The notes beneath the pieces were generated by a model. That model saw only the letters and a program-made list of their open reading frames with translations, was not told the origin of the DNA and searched no databases. A stretch of 64,000 bases of DNA. It comes from Chrysomallon squamiferum. Taxonomy: Eukaryota; Animalia; Mollusca. The translations under genes were made by a program, and so were the position numbers. Position 1 is the stretch's first letter, and every line of letters starts with the position of its first letter. Positions 54,301 through 64,000 of this stretch are shown piece after piece. The stretch covers positions 10,788,001-10,852,000 of the forward strand of contig CM022672.1 of assembly GCA_012295275.1 (NCBI GenBank). The letters run 5' to 3'.

Positions 54301-57300
54301 TCAGGTTTATTTGTGGGTTTTTTCTTATGAATAAACTTATTCCATTTGAAACATTATCTCCTTTTCAGTGATTGCAGCTCCCTATTTTGGGTTTGGTGTA
54401 CATAGTTGAAATTCAAAAAATAATGTTTCTTTTAGTCTTTTTGTCATTTAAGAAAGCTGCAGAAATAATATTAATAATTGTTATTAATATTACTGTAAAT
54501 AAAATATATGCATTTGGGTTCTAAAGACGTATAAAATTAGTTTTTTATGAACATTTACAGGAACATGAGAAACGATGTTGGAGTGTTGATTTTAATAAGA
54601 TGGATCCAAAGCTGCTGGCATCTGGTTCTGATGATGCTAAAGGTGAGATATAATAATATCGGCTAACTGGGATGAATGAGTTAAAACAAATTAAAATAAC
54701 TTGGATTTCTTGTTGTTGACTACACAGAATAGGTGTGACTGTTCTGCAAATGTTTTAATTACATAGTTTTAATACCTTTTAGTTGTAACAAAATTAGAAT
54801 TTTACTTTTCCCTCAGTGAAAAATTAAAAAATTTTTTTACTTAGCTGACAAGGTGGATTTTTTTTTTTTTTTTTCATTGTTATTAATTTTTTGTTATTTT
54901 CTTAAATAATGCAGGAGAAATTTTAATATTTTCAGTGAAATTGTGGTCAACAAATGCTGAGCATTCTATAGCTAATTTGGAAGCTAAAGCTAATGTGTGC
55001 TGTGTAAAGTTTAATCCTGATCACAGATATCCATCTGGCTTTTGGTTCTGCAGGTACTGTTTTCTGATTATTATTTGTGAAAATGCTTCCTGTATAATTA
55101 TTATCTTAAAATAAAATAAAAATATAAATTCTAATTCTAATACTTGTACATGTATTTTATTTTCAGGTTTGGAAAGTCAGTATCATTAGGAATTACTGAT
55201 TGTATTTGAAAAAAAAATTCCCTTACATTTAATTTCAGTTTCTTTTTGATACAAATAAATGTATAAAATAAATGTATGCTCCAAGTCTTTCATAAGAGAA
55301 GCTGTCAAGCTCTGTCCAAAAATAAAAATTTATCTTGGAAACAGAGGATCATGTTATTTGTAAGAAGATATATATCTTTAATAGAAAAATATACTGAAAA
55401 TCTGTTTTGTTAATAGTAAAATCTTATTTTCAGACCACTGTGTACATTACTATGATCTGCGCAGCACGAAGCAGCCAGTTGGGGTGTTCCGAGGACACAG
55501 AAAGGCTGTTTCATACGCCAAGTTTGTTGACTCTGTGGAACTGGTATCTGCGTAAGTTCCAAAAACATTTTCTTATTAGCCCAATCTGTTCATTAACACT
55601 GTTTACTGAAAGACTACCTTCAGGGTTTCCACACAGTGGAGTTATGTCAGAAATATTTTTCATATATCATATCACTTTTGTTTTGGTGTACAATGTCTAA
55701 TTCTATCAATTTGTCTTCTTCTTTTTTTTTTTTAAAAATCATGTCATAAAGTTTTTATATTTAAATTAATTTTATCCTAAATAATTGCTTGTTTAGTTAG
55801 GATTTATGTTTCTTCTGAGGTTTTTTGTGTCTGAATATTTAATAGTTAAATAACTATTTATTTATTTATTTATGTCTACAGGTCAACAGACAGTCAATTA
55901 AAACTATGGTCCATTGGCAAACCAGATTGTGTGAGAACATTCAAAGGTCATACAAATGAGAAGAATTTTGTTGGACTTGCTACAGATGGTGATTATGTAG
56001 CCTGTGGTGAGTAATTGACTTGTTTTTGATGTACATGACTTTAGATGATTTTATTTCAACGTTTCAGAAAAATGTATCACCATTTTAAAAATCTAATGAT
56101 ATACAAGTTATTATAAACAATGCATTGCTTCTTGTGTGTGGTATCTTTCAGTTCACAAACTGTGATCTTAATATGTTTAAAGCTAATAGATCTATACTAA
56201 TGGAAGATATGTATGTTTTAATATTTAACCAAATGTCAATAGGTGCTTAACAGAACTTTTGCTTTCTTTTTCTTTTAGGGAGTGAAAATAATTCTCTATA
56301 TGTGTACTACAAAGGTCTTTCAAAACAGCTGATGACCTACAAGTTTGACACAGTTAGAAGTGTACTGGTAAGTAGTTGTAATAAAATATTTTCTTTTCTT
56401 AAAAAAATCACGCAAACATTCACTGTCAACTTGAAAGTATTATTCAGTATATTTTGTGTGGACACTGCTAATAGATTATTTTCTTCATCTGTTACAATTT
56501 TTAAAAATTATTATTAATTTTTATTTATGTGGTTTTTTAGGTTTATAATTATTATTTTTATACGTGTATATTATTCAAACATTTGTAATGGATGGAAAAA
56601 AAAAATTCATAATAAAATATCTTAAGGAGTTTTCAGTTTTTGTCTGTTTAGCATTCAGAGATGCTAAATCTCATTTCTTTGAGAGAAATTTTCTGAAGAT
56701 TCTTTTAAAACAGAAATGTCCTGCTGTTTCTTTTTAAATACATTTTTTTCAATCCATGACACGTATTAATATTAAAATTATTCTTTTTTTTTCTTTCTTT
56801 ATTTGTATTTGTTTGTTACAACCAACTTAAATCCCACAAAGCAATATCTGTCAGACATATGCATATTTTACATACAACATCAGTATATATTGGTGGATTA
56901 GAATTGCACATATGAAATAGGAAGAACTATAACATATAAATCTGCAATAATAAAAACAATATCAAAAATATGTTTTTGGCAGCAGTTTGTTTTTGCTTAA
57001 CTAATTCTGGTTTTTGACTTTTTAATGGGTGGATTATTTAATTCACGATATTCATTCTTATTGTTCAGTTTTTTTAATTTTTATAATTTCTCAATATGTC
57101 ATTATTATTTTTAAATATTTCTGCTTATAGGAAAAAGACCACAAAGATGAAGATGCTAATGAGTTTGTTAGTGCTGTTACCTGGAGACCAGTGAGTTATA
57201 TTTAAATAGCTAACCTATCCTTTGATATCATAACTTTTATATCTTAATTTTTAAAAATAATTTCTCAAAAAAATTATTTAGCCATAATAATTAAAATGAA

Positions 57301-59332
57301 GAAAATTATTTTGTTTTACATAATACAAGATATTTTTTTTTATCTTTATCTATGTAATAATTAAAAAGACATAGCTTGTTACTAGATAATAAGTTATTTA
57401 ATTTTATATTAGTATTTTTATAAAACTGTTTTGATTTTCATTTTTGTTTCCAGGGTTCCAATGTGATTGTAGCTGCTAACAGTCAAGGAACAGTTAAGGT
57501 ACATTTTTATAATTTTAATTGTGATGGTTGTTTTTGAGGGGGTTGATGTTCATTTATTTAGAAGGTTAATCATCTAACAAATGTATATCTTTACTCTTTC
57601 AGTTATTTCTTTCACTATGTAATGGGTTGGTTCTGCAATGTAATTATTTAGAATTATCTTCCCATTCCACGAATCCTCCTCACTTCCGGGTTGTACCACT
57701 TGCTTTGCAGAAAATTTAATAGTCACTGTCACCTATAACCACCAATCAGAGCTGCAGTTGTAGTAACTCCTTGTGATTTTCCACCTCGAACTCTTGACCC
57801 GAAATCATTTGATTTAGTCCAAGTGCAACGATTCAGGGAGCAGGAAGGTAAACAGCCACTTGGATGCTGCATTATATTGTGTGATTAATTACTGTCTGGT
57901 TATAGTGGGGATGCTTTGTTTAAATACTCAAACTGGTTTTCACAGAGAGATTATTTTACTGATGTAGTTCTCTATTTAGGTATCTTATTTACTGAATAAA
58001 ACTTGGATACATGATATTGTATGATTAATTACCATCTGGTTATAGCAGCACTACGTAAACAATGACATGTAGACTGTGACCTGATCTTGGACTATCTGTA
58101 TTACTATTAGCCTAAGAAAATGTAATTAAAGCTGTTAAAAACATGTTATTGAAACATGTTATCATAAAATTATACACATATAACTGCACAGTCATGTACA
58201 TACCAAGTTTGTGTGACTAAGGTTTAACACCAGGCCAGTAACCGACACATGCATTCCACAATAGTGATTTAAATAAATGGGATGGTTATATACATTACTT
58301 GCTGAAAATGTCAATACAATGTCTGTAGGGTGATATCATTTACTTGTTCATTAGTTACTCATTGGAAGTCAGGAGGCTATGTTGTTACTACAATAAAATA
58401 CGATAAAGAAATTTTGTATTTTTTTTCTGGGATCATCTCCAATGTTTAGGTCACCAACTGTAGAACAAAAACAAATTATTCGAATACCAGAAACTATCTT
58501 CAAAGATAAATGGATCAGCAATTTATCAATCCGACATGAAACTTTGTTTCGTAACGTTTAGGTTACGGTGGGACTAATCCAATACTAACAAAAACACATT
58601 CTTTTATTTCGGTGAGAATACTTTAATTTAACAAACAACACTTGTCCAACAATAGACAAGATTGTCCCTGTGCAGAGTTGTCCCTATGGCCAAGTTGCTT
58701 GGCACTCCTGAAAAGGTACAATTAAAAATGTTTTAAGAATGACAAATTGAGTAAAGTATTATAGTAATGTTTAACTGTTATATTTAACTTTCTAATATTA
58801 CATGGCAATATGGAGCGAATATTATACCTGTGCCACAGGGAACAGGAACGAGGTGACCACATCCAACACACTGGACAAAGTCAAAGCCCTTTGTTAGTTT
58901 GTAACTGTTTGAGTTTGTTTACATACAGAGTATGTTGGATAAATAATTTAATGGTTTCATAGTGAAATCTTACCTCTGGCTCTGCAATCAATCAGTTATT
59001 GATGTGTTTAGAGTATGTTTTGTTGATAAGTTTGCTTCTTTGTGATGTGTTTTTTGCAATAGCTGATCTGGTTTTTACTACTTGGAAGAGGTTTGCGCAG
59101 CAGGCATCTAACAACAAATCAATAGACGTAACTTTAAATAATCGCATTTCGGAACTGGCCCATTAACACAACGGTTTATTTTTCCTTTTGTTGGATTACC
59201 TTTAGATAATTCAACAAAATGGTCTAAAAAAAAAATAGTATTACAAATATTACTTTAGTCTAATATTACATCTGTTGTATTTTAATATCATTTCTTTCTC
59301 ATTTCTGAATTTAGGTTCTGGAACTTGTCTAA
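48323..59332 (+). CDS. COP1: E3 ubiquitin ligase COP1 (RING, coiled coil, WD40)
   Basis: Exons 48323-48429, 49562-49621, 49899-49996, 50272-50450, 50654-50720, 51005-51064, 51300-51341, 51809/51812-51895, 52271-52385, 52802-52937, 53178-53238, 53518-53600, 53879-53987, 54561-54642, 54936-55053, 55434-55551, 55882-56006, 56279-56367, 57131-57190, 57454-57498, 59315-59332 (TAA). Motifs: [35 protein letters not shown]...RCPKCN; [25 protein letters not shown]; [11 protein letters not shown]; [11 protein letters not shown]; [14 protein letters not shown]. Two apparent 1-nt insertions (~50711, ~55031). Confidence 0.96.
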
Positions 59333-62021
59333 CTCAGAAAATGGAATTTTTCAAACCATGTCTTTCATCCAACAAAAAAAACGAACAAATTCAGGACAGA
59401 TTTGACAGACAGGAATTTTTCTCTTTATTCAGAGTAAATTGCTAGTAATGATTTTGATTTTGATTGGTCTGTAGCACTTGTGTGAAACAAGAATGGGTGT
59501 GTAACAAATTGTGATAACTTTTATTTAAAAAAAATGGCTAAGTCTTCTCTGTTTATTTTGATTTTATGAGTTTCATTAGTGCTAATTTATGTATTTAACA
59601 AATGTCCAGATATAGTCTGAAAATGCCTCATAAAATTATATTTACATAAAACCTATTAATTACCTCAGATAACAAAAAGAAACAAATGACCAAGTGTTGC
59701 TACTGTTAAGTATGGACCCTCAAAAATCCTTATGTGGTTTGCTTGTTATTTGACATTTAAATGGCTAAACACCTAAAGCATAAAAATAAGCTGTTGACAT
59801 TTTATGAAGTTCAAGAATTAAAAAAAAAAAAAATACTGGAGACATAAAATTGTTTCAAATAAAATAGAATTTTGCTGAGGAATTTAAATTTCTGTCTTGT
59901 CATGAGAAGGATAAATCATCTGTTAAGTAAAATAGATATACATCCATCTGGTTCTAAAATAAAAAGTTGAATTTGTTTTAAGAATAAAATATTTTATATT
60001 AATAATGTCACTTTGAAATCTGTGTATTAAATATTTTTTTATTTTTTTATTATTATATTTGTTAAATTATTTTATGTCAGTTATCTTATGATGAGTAACT
60101 ACATTTATTGAAAGATCAATCTTATATAATATAGATATATTTATATTTAACATTCTGAAAAACAAAAATCAAATGCCATTTCAATACTTATTAATCTTTG
60201 CAGCACTTCTTTCAAAAATTTCAATTTCATTTCTAGTTATCATCAAATATATTTATGTTCTCATTTTTATTTCATTTTTAATAGTAACATATCATTGTGA
60301 ATAAATTCATATTACAAAGCAACATTAATGAGTAAAATAAATTGGTGAAGTGTACATTTTCCTGGGAGAAGGGCTAATTTTATTATTATGATTATTATTA
60401 TTATTATTCTTGCACAGTAATCTGTTATCATGTAACACAATCATATACAGAGAAAAATAAATGAAGGAAAATGAGTTCTATTATCATCTAAAGTATTTAG
60501 TTCTTTAGCTATTTTCTTTGTATTTTTAATGTAACCACTGGGTGGTTAGAGAGAGAACTCAGAATATCCTGACATCATTTAAATGACAATGTAAATTAGT
60601 TTTTTTTTTAATATCGGAATAGTGTAATTCATTTCAAGCATTTGGTTATATTGATTATAACAAAATGATGTTTCAGTGGATGTTGTAATTCTTAGCTTTG
60701 AGAAGTTGGTGTTTTCTTCAAATTGCTGAGTAAGAGTATTTTGGTGTGCCTGTTAAATGTGCTCTACCTCAGGTGGCAAATACAAGTAAATAAATGATTA
60801 GTGTAAGCCAACAGTACCTGTTTGTTTTTTTTGTCATTAAACGAGTAAGGTGAAGTACAAAATTGTCTTTTTTCAAAGACCATTAAAATGAAAAATAATT
60901 ACATCATTTCACGAATTATTTTCGTTAATGCTGCTGAATTCATATGGAACCACTTCAGTTACTGATTTGTATAATTAAACAACTAAAAATTAAACTCATA
61001 AATGTGAAACTCATCCTACACTTTTCCAAACAAAACCAAGAAAATAAATTAAAAAACAGCATCTAAATTAGTTAAAATATGGTTGGTAAAACTTGGTTAA
61101 AAAATCTTCCAGTAAAATGTGTGTCTTACCTTGAAGTATTAAGGAAACAACAAACGAAAATTGCATTTTAATGTACTTTATTTAAAATTGTAAATATAAA
61201 ATATTCAATACCAATATAAGAATCCATAATAACATTAACAACAAGAAGCTGAAATCAGTTAATTTTGTTATTCACTGCATATTTTATTACTGCAACAGCT
61301 TGGAATGAGCAAAAGTCATGCATCGGATTTGAGTCAAAAAATTTGATGTATACTGAAAATCACCTACATCTACATTTATAAAACGCTCAAGTGCAAATTT
61401 TTAAATTTTGTTTTCAGTTAAATAGTTCTCATTATTTTAAGGTTTAAATAAATATTCAGAAATGTTATATTTCATTATTGTGAATTTGATCAGTTAATGG
61501 CATTTCACTCGAATGGATTGACAAGCATAATTTTTTGAAAACATTTTCAATGAATCTGAAATTATTGGATATGTTTTATTTTGATGTAAGAATATAAATG
61601 GGGTTTTTAAATATTTTTATGACATCTAATTTCTTCGAAAAGAAACAATACCAAAAAACTAAATTATTTCAAAACAAAATACTTTACAAAATCATAAATT
61701 AAGCTGTAAAAACTAAATTTTGAATGTGACCATTTTGAATTATATTCTCCCAGTTTAGCTACATATACACTAATCCAGCTATATTGTAGACCATACCAAA
61801 GCATTTAAAAATCAAACAATAAATTTTTTAAAAATAAGATGAACACATTCTTTCAAATATACATAAACTAAAATGAATACATGTAATGTATACTTAGTTT
61901 TAAATAATTAAAATTCAAAGTGCATATTTGTATTGGAAGAATTTTTTTTCTAACTTAAAGTTATTATCATTGTAATATGAAAAAATGTGTTAAATGAATA
62001 GATTTAAGTAATACAATATTT

Positions 62022-62612
62022 CTAATCATGCGTCTGCTCTAATAGTAGCACAAGCGTGTCATCAAAGATCTCTCCCTGGGTGTCCATTCCACCATGTACG
62101 AGACATATTTTAAAAGTTCTCTTAGGATCCTTTGTACCAGATTTATCTCCTAGTGATTCAGAGTTCCCAGTTCCAGAAGAACTCATGGCTGGTAGCAGGT
62201 TTTGGTTGTTTGAATTTTCCTGGGATAAGTCATCCAAATTTGATGATTCTGAAATAAAGTAAAGATTTATATTTTCACTGAACTAACTGCATATGTTTAT
62301 TCTGATTACCAGGTAATTTAATTTCTTAACAGTTCTATAAAATTTTAATAATAGCCAATAAAAAAAACCCAGATATTTAATTTTACAGTAAAACAAACAA
62401 TTAATGTTCCTTTTTGTTTGTTTCTTATATAAAAAATAAAAATTGAGTATTATATAAAAATAAAAAATTTGAGTATTATATACAAATTAGTTTTTAAAAT
62501 AACAAGTGCAATAAGTAGGAACATACACATGCAACCTAATTAAAATACTGCAGTAAGTTAATACAATTTGATTATTGAAAACTACAATAATTCAGTTCCA
62601 TACTTTTTAAAT

Positions 62613-62646
<34 letters not shown>

Positions 62647-63054
62647 TTTTTGTTGTTATTGTTATAAGCCTACTTAAATTGACTCACATGAATACTAGCT
62701 TATTCTGAAATAATTCAACTTGTTTCTTATAAATAAATTTATCAAAAAAAAAAAAAAAAAAAAAAGTAATAATAACAATTTAAAAAGAAGGGGAAAAAAA
62801 AAGAAGATAATCCTAAGTTCATAAAATGTTATTAATTTTACCTCTGCTGAAGTCTTGACGGCTGTCTCTTGAACTTGCACTGCCAGGTTTAAGCTCCTGT
62901 TCCAGAACCTCCTTTGCATACTGACTTACATTAGCAATATCTCCACCACTTCCTGCAGTGACCTCTCGTTTCAGAACAACTGCACACATTGCAAAGTCCA
63001 AACGAGAGGGAGGGGGTGGACCCTGAATTTCCACTTTTGTCCAGGTCAGCTTCA
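62022..63054 (-). CDS. RABEPK: Rab9 effector protein with kelch motifs (3' exons; gene continues beyond window)
   Basis: Exon 63054-62842 (KLTWTKVEIQGPPPPSRLDFAMCAV) and last exon 62248-62022 (ICLVHGGMDTQGEIFDDTLVLLL, stop TAG). These match the RABEPK C-terminus pattern PPGRLDHSMC...CLVFGGMNTEGEIYDD; phase-1 junction is consistent. Confidence 0.85.
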
Positions 63055-63693
63055 CTGATAACAGGAAAAAAAAAAAATTATGATATTCCGTTATGATATT
63101 AACCAGTCTTGTAATACCTGTATCACATATATCAAATATAATACTATAAAATTAATAAATAAATATAATTAAAAAAATCAATGAATAATATTTCAAGTCT
63201 ACATTAAAATGCTGATCAGAGTTGTTGTTTTTTCAAAAAGACTTGTTTACAAAAATATCCCATTATTATTAAAATTTCTTGTATGTGTAACCTAAATAAA
63301 TTTATACAAATGTTTGGATGCTCATAGTTTTTGCTGGAAAGATTCACAGAAATTAGATGAGGTGAAAATAAACACAAGTAAATGATTGGTTCGTTCCCTC
63401 TAAACTACATTATATTGGATTTTGTAAAGCAGTTATACAACTATAAACAAGCAATATTACTGCCGAAGACTGACTGCAAAGTTCATGTAAGTATTTCGTA
63501 TAGTCTTAAAGATGCGTTAATGCACAGGTATTATTTTTTGTGTTGCATTTGCATGCTAATTCACACACAAGCATTGGAATGATAAAAATTATTTTGTTTA
63601 CTTCCTAAAGTAAATGTACAAGTATTTTTATCTCAGGATGATTTGATTACTTAACCTCACCTCCAGTATCGGATGTGGAGAAGTGTATAATCT

Positions 63694-63728
<35 letters not shown>

Positions 63729-64000
63729 TTCATGAACCCATGGTAACAGGTAATAAAATACTAATACAACTGGAGTAGTGTTGAGACTTTCAGATTACAA
63801 GAACCTGTACAAGACAGGCAGATAATTACTGCTGATTAAGAGCCACTTGGTTTTATTGGTAATTGGTGCAGAGAAGGGCAACAGGTGTTTCCCAAGTCAC
63901 ATTAGCCCAGTATGGCTGGTACTGTCAATTCAGAATAGATTATGCTTAAAAATCCGATAATATTAGCCATCCCTGAAGCAATTTCTATATTTATCAAATT

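Noticed and set aside
48323-59332. COP1 as a pseudogene
   Set aside because: All 21 exons, splice sites and RING/WD40 residues are intact apart from two 1-nt insertions at short runs.

Overview
AT-rich, microsatellite-dense animal genomic DNA with spliceosomal GT-AG introns; gene content suggests an invertebrate, probably a mollusc (inference). Five protein-coding genes were reconstructed by hand from splice-phase-consistent exons. (1) A 23-exon + strand RabGAP (TBC1D2/2B-like; 202-42089) has a JIP3/ARHGEF10-type beta-propeller C-terminus interrupted by a very long low-complexity insertion. (2) A secreted coiled-coil + fibrinogen-domain gene (scabrous/angiopoietin-like; - strand, 28953-22087) is nested in the 13.7-kb intron that splits the TBC domain. 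(3) XRCC2 (- strand, 2 coding exons) is head-to-head with (4) COP1/RFWD2 (+ strand, 21 exons), with 347 bp between the start codons and an NRF1-type palindrome. (5) The 3' end of RABEPK lies on the - strand. Four single-base frameshifts at short runs and one missing splice AG most likely reflect unpolished long-read assembly errors. The most notable observations are the TBC + propeller architecture with candidate LIR/FFAT motifs, the nested gene, and recurrent tandem duplications that span or abut splice sites. No prokaryotic, CRISPR or RNA-gene features are supported.
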